A stretch of DNA of 64,000 bases from Eledone cirrhosa. Taxonomy: Eukaryota. Under the pieces are notes generated by a model. That model was not told the DNA's origin. It worked only from the letters and a program-made list of their open reading frames with translations, and did not search any database. The DNA lies in assembly GCA_964016885.1 (NCBI GenBank), contig OZ024744.1, forward strand, positions 134,602,001-134,666,000, given 5' to 3'. A program made the translations under genes and the position numbers. The stretch's first letter is position 1, and each line of letters opens with the position of its first letter. Below, piece after piece: positions 26,294 through 38,400 of the stretch.

Positions 26294-26466
26294 AACCCCA
26301 ACTTAACTTAACCCCAACTTCACTCAACCCCAACGTAACTCAACCCCAACTTAACTTAACCCCAACTTCACTCAACCCCAACTTAACTTAACCCCAACTT
26401 CACTCAACCCCAACTTCCAACTTGACTTAATCCCAACTTAACTTAGCCCCAACTTAACTTAAGCCC
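26294..26466 (-). repeat. Inverted satellite block 3 (173 bp, type A)
   Basis: Same sequence and junctions as block 1. Confidence 0.96.
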
Positions 26467-29400
26467 TAAGTCGGGGTTAAGTTAAGTTGGCGTTAAGTTA
26501 AGTTAGGCTTAACTTAAGTTGGGATTCAGTTAAGTTGGGGGTAAGTTAAGTTGGGGGTAAGTTAAGTTGGGGTTAAGTTAAGTTGCGGTTAAGTTGGGGT
26601 TAAGTTAAGTTAGGGTTAAGTTAAGTTGGGGTTGAGTTAAGTTGGGGTTAATTAAGTGGTGGTTATGTTAAGTTGGGGTTAAGTTAAGTTGGGGTTAATT
26701 TAAATTGGGGTTAAGTTAACTTTGTGGTTAAGTTAAGTTGGGGTTAATTTAAGTTGGGGTTAAGTTGGGGTTGAGTTAAGTTGGGGTTGAGTGAAGTTGG
26801 GGTTAAGTTAAGTTGGGGTTAAGTTAAGTTGGGGTTAAGTTAAGTCGGGGTTAATTTAAGTTGTGGTTGAGTTAAGTTGGGGTTAATTTAAGTTGGGGTT
26901 AAGTTAAGTTGGGGTTAAGTTAAGTTGGGGTTAAGTTAAGATGGGGTTAAGTTAAGTTGGGGTTAAGTTAAGTTGAGGTTAAGTTAAGTTGGGGTTAAAT
27001 TAAGTTGGGGTTAAGTTAAGTTGGGGTTAAGTTAAGTTGGGGTTAAGTTAAGTTGGGGATAAGTTAAGTTGGGGATAATTTAAGTTGGGGTTAAGTTAAA
27101 TTGGGTTTAAGTTAAGTTGGGGTTAAGTTAATTTGTGGTTAAGTTAAGTTGGGGTTAAGTTAAGTTGGGGTTAAGTTAAGTTGGGGTTAAGTTAAGTCGG
27201 GGTTAAGTTAAGTTGGGGTTAAGTTAAGTTGGGGTTAATTTAAGTTGGGGTTAAGTTAAGTTGGGGTTAAGTTAAGTTGGGGTTAATTTAAGATGGGGTT
27301 AAGTTAAGTTGGGGTTAAGTTAAGTTGAGGTTAAGTTAAGTTGGGGTTAAATTAAGTTGGGGTTAAGTTAAGTTGGGGTTAAGTTAAGTTGGGGTTAAGT
27401 TAAGTTGGGGATAAGTTAAGTTGGGGATAATTTAAGTTGGGGTTAAGTTAAGTTGGGTTTAAGTTAAGTTGGGGTTAAGTTAAGTTGGGGTTAAGTTAAG
27501 TTGGGGTTAAGTTAAGTTGGGGTTAAGTTAAGTTGGGGCTAAGTTAAGTTGGGGCTGAGTTAAGTTGGGGTTAAGTTAAGTTGGGGTTAAGTTAAGTTGG
27601 GGTTAAGTTAAGTTGGGGTTTATTTAAGTTGGGGTTAAGTTACGTTGGGGTTCATTTAAGTTGGGGTTAAGTTAAGTCGGGGTTAAGTTAAGTCGGGGTT
27701 AAGTTAAGTTAGGGTTCAGTTAAGTTGGGGTTAAGTTAAGTTGGGCTTGAGTTAAGTTGGGGTTGCGTTAAATTGGGGTTGAGTTAAGTTGGGGTTGAGT
27801 TAAGTTGGTGTTGAGTTAAGTTGGAGTTAAGTTAAGTTGGGGTTAAGTTAAGTTGCAGTTAAGTTAAGTTGAGGTTAAGTTAAGGTGGGGTTAAGTTAAG
27901 TCGGGGTTAAGTTAAGTTGGGGTTGAGTTAAGTTGGGGTTAATTTAAGTTGGGGCTAAGTTAATTTGTGGTTAAGTTAAGTTGGGGTTAACTTAAGTTGG
28001 GGTTAAGTTAAGTTGGGGTTGAGTTAAGTTGGGGTTGAGTTAATTTGGGGTTAAGTTAAGTTGGGGTTAATTTAAGTTGGGTTTAAGTTAATTTGGGGTT
28101 AAATTAAGTTGGGGTTAAATTAAGTTGGGGTTAAGTTATGTTGGGGGTAAGTTAAGTTGGGGGCAAGTTAAGTTGGGGTTAATTTAAGTTGGGGTTAAAT
28201 TAAGTTGGGGTTACGTTAAGTTGGTGTTAAGTTAAGTTGGGGTTAATTTAAGTTGGGGTTAATTAAGTTGGGGTTAAGTTAAGTTGGGGTTAAGTTAAGT
28301 TGGGGTTAATTTAAGTTGGGGTTGAGTTAAGTTGGGGTTAAGTTAAGTTGGGGTTATATTAAGTTGGGGTTAAGTTAAGTTGGGGTTCAGTTAAGTTGGG
28401 GATAAGTTAAGTTGGGGTTAAGTTAAGTTGGGGTTAAGTTAAGTTGGGGTTAAGTTAAGTTGGTGTTAAGTTATGTTGGGGCTAAGTTAAGTTGGGGCTG
28501 AGTTAAGTTGGGGCTGAGTTAAGTTGGGGTTAAGTTAAGTTGGGGTTGAGTTAAGTTGGGGTTAAGTTAAGTTGGGGTCAAGTTAAAGTGGGGTTAAGTT
28601 GGGGTTAAGTTAAGTTAGGTTTAAGTTAAGTTGGGGTTAAGTTAAGTTGGGGTTAAGTTAAGTTAGGGTTAAGTTAAGTTGGGGTTAAGTTAAGTTGGGG
28701 TTAAGTTAATTTGTGGTTAAGTTAAGTTGGGGTTAAGTTAAGTTCGGGTTAAGTTAAGTTGGGGTTAAGTTAAGTCGGGGTTAAGTTAAGTTGGGGTTAA
28801 GTTAAGTTGGGGTTAATTTAAGTTGGGGTTAAGTTAAGTTGGGGTTAAGTTAAGTTGGGGTTAAGTTAAGTTGGGGTTAAGTTAAGTTGAGGTTAAGTTA
28901 AGTTGGGGTTAAATTAAGTTGGGGTTAAGTTAAGTTGGGGTTAAGTTAAGTTGGGGTTAAGTTAAGTTGGGGATAAGTTAAGTTGGGGATAATTTAAGTT
29001 GGGGTTAAGTTAAGTTGGGTTTAAGTTAAGTTGGGGTTAAGTTAAGTTGGGGATAAGTTAAGTTGGGGTTAAGTTAAGTTGTGGTTAAGTTAAGTTGGGG
29101 TTAAGTTAAGTTGGGGCTAAGTTAAGTTGGGGCTGAGTTAAGTTGGGGTTAAATTAAGTTGGGGTTAAGTTAAGTTGGGGTTAAGTTAAGTTGGGGTTTA
29201 TTTAAGTTGGGGTTAAATTAAGTTGGGGTTCAGTTAAGTTGGGGTTAAGTTAAGTTGGGGTTAAGATGGGGTTAAATTAAGTTGGGGTTAAGTTAAGTTG
29301 GGGTTAAGTTAAGTTGGGGTTAAGTTAAGTTGGGGTTAAGTTAAGTCGGGGTTAAGTTAAGTCGGGGTTAAGTTAAGTTAGGGTTCAGTTAAGTTGGGGT

Positions 29401-32400
29401 TAAGTTAAGTTGGGGTTGAGTTAAGTTGGGGTTGAGTTAAATTGGGGTTGAGTTAAGTTGGGGTTGAGTTAAGTTGGTTTTGAGTTGAGTTGGGGTTAAG
29501 TTAAGTTGGGGTTAAGTTAAGTTGGGGTCAAGTTAAGTTGGGGTTAAGTTAAGTTGGTTAGTTAAGTTGAGTTTAAGTTAAGTTGGGGTTAATTTAAGTT
29601 GGGGTTAAGTTAAGTTGGGGTTAAGTTAAGTTGGGGTTAAGTTAAGTTGGGGTTAAGTTAAGTTGGGGTTAAGTTAAGTCGGGGTTAATTTAAGTCGGGG
29701 TTAAGTTAAGTTAGGGTTCAGTTAAGTTGGGGTTAAGTTAAGTTGGGGTTGAGTTAAGTTGGGGTTGAGTTAAATTGGGGTTGAGTTAAGTTGGTGTTGA
29801 GTTAAGTTGGTGTTGAGTTAAGTTGGGGTTAAGTTAAGTTGGGGTTAAGTTAAGTTGCAGTTAAGCTAAGTTGAGGTTTAGTTAAGGTGGGGTTAAGTTA
29901 AGTCGGGGTTAAGTTAAGTTGTGGTTGAGTTAAGTTGGGGTTAATTTAAGTTGGGGCTGAGTTAATTTGTGGTTAAGTTAAGCTGGGGTTAAGTTAAGTT
30001 GGGGTTGAGTTAAGTTGGGGTTGAGTTAATTTGGGGTTAAGTTAAGTTGGGGTTAATTTAAGTTGGGTTTAAGTTAAGTTGGGGTTAAATTAAGTTGGGG
30101 TTAAATTAAGTTGGGGTTAAGTTAAGTTGGGGGTAAGTTAAGTTGGGGGCAAGTTAAGTTGGGGTTAATTTAAGTTGGGGTTAAATTAAGTTGGGGTTAC
30201 GTTAAGTTGGTGTTAAGTTAAGTTGGGGTTAATTTAAGTTGGGGTTAATTAAGTTGGGGTTAAGTTAAGTTGGGGTTAAGTTAAGTTGGGGTTATATTAA
30301 GTTGGGGTTAAGTTAAGTTGGGGTTCAGTTAAGTTGGGGATAAGTTAAGTTGGGGTTAAGTTAAGTTGGGGTTAATTAAGTTGGGGTTAAGTTAAGTTGG
30401 GGTTAAGTTAAGTTGGGGCTAAGTTAAGTTGCAGTTAAGTTAAGTTGAGGTTAAGTTAAGGTGGGGTTAAGTTAAGTCGGGGTTAAGTTAAGTTGTGGTT
30501 GAATTAAGTTGGGGCTAAGTTAATTTGTGGTTAAGTTAAGTTGGGGTTAAGTTAAGTTGGGGTTAAGTTAAGTTGGGGTTGAGTTAAGTTGGGGTTGAGT
30601 TAATTTGGGGTTAAGTTAAGTTGGGATTAAGTTAAGTTGGGTTTAAGTTAAGTTGGGGTTAAATTAAGTTGGGGTTAAATTAAGTTGGGGTTAAGTTAAG
30701 TTGGGGGTAAGTTAAGTTGGGGGCAAGTTAAGTTGGGGTTAATTTAAGTTGGGGTTAAATTAAGTTGGGGTAACGTTAAGTTGGTGTTAAGTTAAGTTGG
30801 GGTTAATTTAAGTTGGGGTTAATTAAGTTGGGGTTAAGTTAAGTTGGGGTTAAGTTAAGTTGGGGTTAATTTAAGTTGGGGTTGAGTTAAGTTGGGGTTG
30901 AGTTAAGTTGGGGATAAGTTAAGTTGGGGTTAAGTTAAGTTGGGGTTAAGTTAAGTTGGGGTTAAGTTAAGTTGGTGTTAAGTTAAGTTGGGGCTAAGTT
31001 AAGTTGGGGCTGAGTTAAGTTGGGGCTGAGTTAAGTTGGGGTTAAGTTAAGTTGGGGTTGAGTTAAGTTGGGGTTAAGTTAAGTTGGGGTCAAGTTAAGT
31101 TGGGGTTAAGTTGGGGTTAAGTTAAGTTAGGTTTAAGTTAAGTTGGGGTTAAGTTAAGTTGGGGTTAAGTTAAGTTGGGGTTAAGTTAAGTTGGGGTTAA
31201 GTTAAGTTGGTGTTAAGTTAATTTGTGGTTAAGTTAAGTTGGGGTTAAGTTAAGTTTGGGTTAAGTTAAGTTTGGGTTAAGTTAAGTCGGGGTTAAGTTA
31301 AGTTGGGGTTAAGTTAAGTTGGGGTTAATTTAAGTTGGGGTTAAGTTAAGTTGGGGTTAAGTTAAGTTGGGGTTAAGTTAAGTTGGGGTTAAGTTAAGTT
31401 GGGGTTAAGTTAAGTTGAGGTTAAGTTAAGTTGGGGTTAAATTAAGTTGGGGTTAAGTTAAGTTGGGGTTAAGTTAAGTTGGGGTTAAGTTAAGTTGGGG
31501 ATAAGTTAAGTTGGGGATAATTTAAGTTGGGGTTAAGTTAAGTTGGGTTTAAGTTAAGTTGGGGTTAAGTTAAGTTGGGGATAAGTTAAGTTGGGGTTAA
31601 GTTAAGTTGGGGATAAGTTAAGTTGGGGTTAAGTTAAGTTGGGGCTAAGTTAAGTTGGGGCTGAGTTAAGTTGGGGTTAAGTTAAGTTGGGGTTAAGTTA
31701 AGTTGGGGTTAATTTAAGTTGGGGTTTATTTAAGTTGGGGTTACGTTAAGTTGGTGTTAAGTTAAGTTGGGGTTAATTTAAGTTGGGGTTAATTAAGTTG
31801 GGGTTAAGTTAAGTTGGGGTTAAGTTAAGTTGGGGTTAATTTAAGTTGGGGTTGAGTTAAGTTGGGGTTAAGTTAAGTTGGGGTTAAGTTAAGTTGGGGT
31901 TAAGTTAAGTTGGGGTTGAGTTAAGTTGGGGTTGAGTTAATTTGGGGTTAAGTTAAGTTGGGATTAAGTTAAGTTGGGTTTAAGTTAAGTTGGGGTTAAA
32001 TTAAGTTGGGGTTAAATTAAGTTGGGGTTAAGTTAAGTTGGGGGTAAGTTAAGTTGGGGGCAAGTTAAGTTGGGGTTAATTTAAGTTGGGGTTAAATTAA
32101 GTTGGGGTAACGTTAAGTTGGTGTTAAGTTAAGTTGGGGTTAATTTAAGTTGGGGTTAATTAAGTTGGGGTTAAGTTAAGTTGGGGTTAAGTTAAGTTGG
32201 GGTTAATTTAAGTTGGGGTTGAGTTAAGTTGGGGTTGAGTTAAGTTGGGGATAAGTTAAGTTGGGGTTAAGTTAAGTTGGGGTTAAGTTAAGTTGGGGTT
32301 AAGTTAAGTTGGTGTTAAGTTAAGTTGGGGCTAAGTTAAGTTGGGGCTGAGTTAAGTTGGGGCTGAGTTAAGTTGGGGTTAAGTTAAGTTGGGGTTGAGT

Positions 32401-35256
32401 TAAGTTGGGGTTAAGTTAAGTTGGGGTCAAGTTAAGTTGGGGTTAAGTTGGGGTTAAGTTAAGTTAGGTTTAAGTTAAGTTGGGGTTAAGTTAAGTTGGG
32501 GTTAAGTTAAGTTGGGGTTAAGTTAAGTTGGGGTTAAGTTAAGTTGGTGTTAAGTTAATTTGTGGTTAAGTTAAGTTGGGGTTAAGTTAAGTTTGGGTTA
32601 AGTTAAGTTGGGGTTAAGTTAAGTCGGGGTTAAGTTAAGTTGGGGTTAAGTTAAGTTGGGGTTAATTTAAGTTGGGGTTAAGTTAAGTTGGGGTTAAGTT
32701 AAGTTGGGGTTAAGTTAAGTTGGGGTTAAGTTAAGTTGGGGTTAAGTTAAGTTGAGGTTAAGTTAAGTTGGGGTTAAATTAAGTTGGGGTTAAGTTAAGT
32801 TGGGGTTAAGTTAAGTTGGGGTTAAGTTAAGTTGGGGATAAGTTAAGTTGGGGATAATTTAAGTTGGGGTTAAGTTAAGTTGGGTTTAAGTTAAGTTGGG
32901 GTTAAGTTAAGTTGGGGATAAGTTAAGTTGGGGTTAAGTTAAGTTGGGGATAAGTTAAGTTGGGGTTAAGTTAAGTTGGGGCTAAGTTAAGTTGGGGCTG
33001 AGTTAAGTTGGGGTTAAGTTAAGTTGGGGTTAAGTTAAGTTGGGGTTAATTTAAGTTGGGGTTTATTTAAGTTGGGGTTACGTTAAGTTGGTGTTAAGTT
33101 AAGTTGGGGTTAATTTAAGTTGGGGTTAATTAAGTTGGGGTTAAGTTAAGTTGGGGTTAAGTTAAGTTGGGGTTAATTTAAGTTGGGGTTGAGTTAAGTT
33201 GGGGTTAAGTTAAGTTGGGGTTAAGTTAAGTTGAGGTTAAGTTAAGTTGGGGTTAAATTAAGTTGGGGTTAAGTTAAGTTGGGGTTAAGTTAAGTTGGGG
33301 TTAAGTTAAGTTGGGGATAAGTTAAGTTGGGGATAATTTAAGTTGGGGTTAAGTTAAGTTGGGTTTAAGTTAAGTTGGGGTTAAGTTAAGTTGGGGATAA
33401 GTTAAGTTGGGGTTAAGTTAAGTTGGGGTTAAGTTAAGTTGGGGTTAAGTTAAGTTGGGGCTAAGTTAAGTTGGGGCTGAGTTAAGTTGGGGTTAAGTTA
33501 AGTTGGGGTTAAGTTAAGTTGGGGTTAATTTAAGTTGGGGTTTATTTAAGTTGGGGTTACGTTAAGTTGGTGTTAAGTTAAGTTGGGGTTAATTTAAGTT
33601 GGGGTTAATTAAGTTGGGGTTAAGTTAAGTTGGGGTTAAGTTAAGTTGGGGTTAAGTTAAGTTGGGGTTCAGTTAAGTTGGGTATAAGTTAAGTTGGGTA
33701 TAAGTTAAGTTGGGGTTAAGTTAAGTTGGGGTTAAGTTAAGTTGGTGTTAAGTTAAGTTGGGGCTAAGTTAAGTTGGGGCTGAGTTAAGTTGGGGCTGAG
33801 TTAAGTTGGGGTTAAGTTAAGTTGGGGTCAAGTTAAGTTGGGGTTAAGTTGGGGTTAAGTTAACTTAGGTTTAAGTTAAGATGGGGTTAAGTTAAGTTGG
33901 GGTTAAGTTAAGTTGGGGTTAAGTTAAGTTGGGGTTAAGTTAAGTTGGGGTTGATTTAATTTGTGGTTAAGTTAAGTTGGGGTTAAGTTAAGTTGGGGTT
34001 AAGTTAAGTTGGGGTTAAGTTAAGTCGGGGTTAAGTTAAGTTGGGGTTAAGTTAAGTTGGGGTTAAGTTAAGTTGGGGTTAAGTTAAGTTGGGGTCAAGT
34101 TAAGTTGGGGTTAAGTTGGGGTTAAGTTAAGGTAGGTTTAAGTTAAGTTGGGGTTAAGTTAAGTTGGGGTTAAGTTAAGTTGGGGTTAAGTTAATTTGTG
34201 GTTAAGTTAAGTTGGGGTTAAGTTAAGTTGGGGTTAAGTTAAGTTGGGGTTAAGTTAAGTCGGAGTTAATTTAAGTTGGGGTTAAGTTAAGTTGGGGTTA
34301 ATTTAAGTTGGGGTTAAGTTAAGTTGGGGTTAAGTTAAGTTGGGGTTAAATTAAGTTGGGGTTAAGTTAAGTTGGGGTTAAGTCAAGTTGGGGTTAAGTT
34401 AAGTTGGGGATAAGTTAAGTTGGGGATAATTTAAGTTGGGGTTAAGTTAAGTTGGGTTTAAGTTAAGTTGGGGTTAAGTTAAGTTGGGGTTAAGTTAAGT
34501 TGGGGTTAAGTTAAGTTGGGGTTAAGTTAAGTTGGGGTTAAGTTAAGTTGGGGCTAAGTTAAGTTGGGGCTGAGTTAAGTTGGGGTTAAGTTAAGTTGGG
34601 CTTAATTTAAGTCGGGGTTAAGTTAAGTTAGGGTTCAGTTAAGTTGGGGTTAAGTTAAGTTGGGGTTGAGTTAAGTTGGGGTTGAGTTAAATTGGGGTTG
34701 AGTTAAGTTGGGGTTGAGTTAAGTTGGTGTTGAGTTAAGTTGGGGTTAAGTTAAGTTGGGGTTAAGTTAAGTTGCAGTTAAGTTAAGTTGAGGTTAAGTT
34801 AAGGTGCGGTTAAGTTAAGTTGGGGTTAAGTTAAGTTGGGGTTAAGTCAAGTTGGGGCTAAGTTAAGTTGGGGCTAAGTTAAGTTGGGGCTAAGTTAAGT
34901 TGGGGTTAATTTAAGTTGGGGTTAAGTTAAGTCGGGGTTAAGTTAAGTTGGGGTTAAGTTAAGTTGGGGTTAATTTAAGTTGGGGTTAAGTTAAGTTGGG
35001 GTTAAGTTAAGTTGGGGTTAAGTTAAGTTGGGGTTAAGTTAAGTTGGGTTTAAGTTAAGTTGGGGTTAAGTTAAGTTGGGGTTAAGTTAAGTTGGGGTTA
35101 AGTTAAGTTGGTTAGTTAAGTTGAGTTTAAGTTAAGTTGGGGTTAATTTAAGTTGGGGTTAACTTATGTTGGGGTTAAGTTAAGTTGGGGTTAAGTTAAG
35201 TTGGGGTTAAGTTAAGTTGGGGTTAAGTTAAGTTGGGGTTAAGTTAAGTTGGGGTT

Positions 35257-35429
35257 AACCCCAACTTAACTTAACCCCAACTTCACTCAACCCCAACGTA
35301 ACTCAACCCCAACTTAACTTAACCCCAACTTCACTCAACCCCAACTTAACTTAACCCCAACTTCACTCAACCCCAACTTCCAACTTGACTTAATCCCAAC
35401 TTAACTTAGCCCCAACTTAACTTAAGCCC
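35257..35429 (-). repeat. Inverted satellite block 4 (173 bp, type A)
   Basis: Same sequence and junctions as block 1. Confidence 0.96.
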
Positions 35430-38400
35430 TAAGTCGGGGTTAAGTTAAGTTGGCGTTAAGTTAAGTTAGGCTTAACTTAAGTTGGGATTCAGTTAAGTTG
35501 GGGGTAAGTTAAGTTGGGGGTAAGTTAAGTTGGGGTTAAGTTAAGTTGCGGTTAAGTTGGGGTTAAGTTAAGTTAGGGTTAAGTTAAGTTGGGGTTGAGT
35601 TAAGTTGGGGTTAATTAAGTGGTGGTTATGTTAAGTTGGGGTTAAGTTAAGTTGGGGTTAATTTAAATTGGGGTTAAGTTAACTTTGTGGTTAAGTTAAG
35701 TTGGGGTTAATTTAAGTTGGGGTTAAGTTGGGGTTGAGTTAAGTTGGGGTTGAGTGAAGTTGGGGTTAAGTTAAGTTGGGGTTAAGTTAAGTTGGGGTTA
35801 AGTTAAGTCGGGGTTAAGTTAAGTTGTGGTTGAGTTAAGTTGGGGTTAATTTAAGTTGGGGTTAAGTTAATTGGGGTTAAGTTAAGTTGGGGTTAAGTTA
35901 AGATGGGGTTAAGTTAAGTTGGGGTTAAGTTAAGTTGAGGTTAAGTTAAGTTGGGGTTAAATTAAGTTGGGGTTAAGTTAAGTTGGGGTTAAGTTAAGTT
36001 GGGGTTAAGTTAAGTTGGGGATAAGTTAAGTTGGGGATAATTTAAGTTGGGGTTAAGTTAAATTGGGTTTAAGTTAAGTTGGGGTTAAGTTAATTTGTGG
36101 TTAAGTTAAGTTGGGGTTAAGTTAAGTTGGGGTTAAGTTAAGTTGGGGTTAAGTTAAGTCGGGGTTAAGTTAAGTTGGGGTTAAGTTAAGTTGGGGTTAA
36201 TTTAAGTTGGGGTTAAGTTAAGTTGGGGTTAAGTTAAGTTGGGGTTAATTTAAGATGGGGTTAAGTTAAGTTGGGGTTAAGTTAAGTTGAGGTTAAGTTA
36301 AGTTGGGGTTAAATTAAGTTGGGGTTAAGTTAAGTTGGGGTTAAGTTAAGTTGGGGTTAAGTTAAGTTGGGGATAAGTTAAGTTGGGGATAATTTAAGTT
36401 GGGGTTAAGTTAAGTTGGGTTTAAGTTAAGTTGGGGTTAAGTTAAGTTGGGGTTAAGTTAAGTTGGGGTTAAGTTAAGTTGGGGTTAAGTTAAGTTGGGG
36501 CTAAGTTAAGTTGGGGCTGAGTTAAGTTGGGGTTAAGTTAAGTTGGGGTTAAGTTAAGTTGGGGTTAAGTTAAGTTGGGGTTTATTTAAGTTGGGGTTAA
36601 GTTACGTTGGGGTTCATTTAAGTTGGGGTTAAGTTAAGTCGGGGTTAAGTTAAGTCGGGGTTAAGTTAAGTTAGGGTTCAGTTAAGTTGGGGTTAAGTTA
36701 AGTTGGGCTTGAGTTAAGTTGGGGTTGAGTTAAATTGGGGTTGAGTTAAGTTGGGGTTGAGTTAAGTTGGTGTTGAGTTAAGTTGGGGTTAAGTTAAGTT
36801 GGGGTTAAGTTAAGTTGCAGTTAAGTTAAGTTGAGGTTAAGTTAAGGTGGGGTTAAGTTAAGTCGGGGTTAAGTTAAGTTGTGGTTGAGTTAAGTTGGGG
36901 TTAATTTAAGTTGGGGCTAAGTTAATTTGTGGTTAAGTTAAGTTGGGGTTAACTTAAGTTGGGGTTAAGTTAAGTTGGGGTTGAGTTAAGTTGGGGTTGA
37001 GTTAATTTGGGGTTAAGTTAAGTTGGGGTTAATTTAAGTTGGGTTTAAGTTAATTTGGGGTTAAATTAAGTTGGGGTTAAATTAAGTTGGGGTTAATTTA
37101 TGTTGGGGGTAAGTTAAGTTGGGGGCAAGTTAAGTTGGGGTTAATTTAAGTTGGGGTTAAATTAAGTTGGGGTTACGTTAAGTTGGTGTTAATTTAAGTT
37201 GGGGTTAATTTAAGTTGGGGTTAATTAAGTTGGGGTTAAGTTAAGTTGGGGTTAAGTTAAGTTGGGGTTAATTTAAGTTGGGGTTGAGTTAAGTTGGGGT
37301 TAAGTTAAGTTGGGGTTATATTAAGTTGGGGTTAAGTTAAGTTGGGGTTCAGTTAAGTTGGGGATAAGTTAAGTTGGGGTTAAGTTAAGTTGGGGTTAAG
37401 TTAAGTTGGGGTTAAGTTAAGTTGGTGTTAAGTTAAGTTGGGGCTAAGTTAAGTTGGGGCTGAGTTAAGTTGGGGCTGAGTTAAGTTGGGGTTAAGTTAA
37501 GTTGGGGTTGAGTTAAGTTGGGGTTAAGTTAAGTTGGGGTCAAGTTAAGTTGGGGTTAAGTTGGGGTTAAGTTAAGTTAGATTTAAGTTAAGTTGGGGTT
37601 AAGTTAAGTTGGGGTTAAGTTAAGTTGGGGTTAAGTTAAGTTGGGGTTAAGTTAAGTTGGGGTTAAGTTAATTTGTGGTTAAGTTAAGTTGGGGTTAAGT
37701 TAAGTTCGGGTTAAGTTAAGTTGGGGTTAAGTTAAGTCGGGGTTAAGTTAAGTTGGGGTTAAGTTAAGTTGGGGTTAATTTAAGTTGGGGTTAAGTTAAG
37801 TTGGGGTTAAGTTAAGTTGGGGTTAAGTTAAGTTGGGGTTAAGTTAAGTTGAGGTTAAGTTAAGTTGGGGTTAAATTAAGTTGGGGTTAAGTTAAGTTGG
37901 GGTTAAGTTAAGTTGGGGTTAAGTTAAGTTGGGGATAAGTTAAGTTGGGGATAATTTAAGTTGGGGTTAAGTTAAGTTGGGTTTAAGTTAAGTTGGGGTT
38001 AAGTTAAGTTGGGGATAAGTTAAGTTGGGGTTAAGTTAAGTTGGGGTTAAGTTAAGTTGGGGTTAAGTTAATTTGGGGCTAAGTTAAGTTGGGGCTGAGT
38101 TAAGTTGGGGTTAAATTAAGTTGGGGTTAAGTTAAGTTGGGGTTAAGTTAAGTTGGGGTTTATTTAAGTTGGGGTTAAATTAAGTTGGGGTTCAGTTAAG
38201 TTGGGGTTAAGTTAAGTTGGGGTTAAGATGGGGTTAAATTAAGTTGGGGTTAAGTTAAGTTGGGGTTAAGTTAAGTTGGGGTTAAGTTAAGTTGGGGTTA
38301 AGTTAAGTCGGGGTTAAGTTAAGTCGGGGTTAAGTTAAGTTAGGGTTCAGTTAAGTTGGGGTTAAGTTAAGTTGGGGTTGAGTTAAGTTGGGGTTGAGTT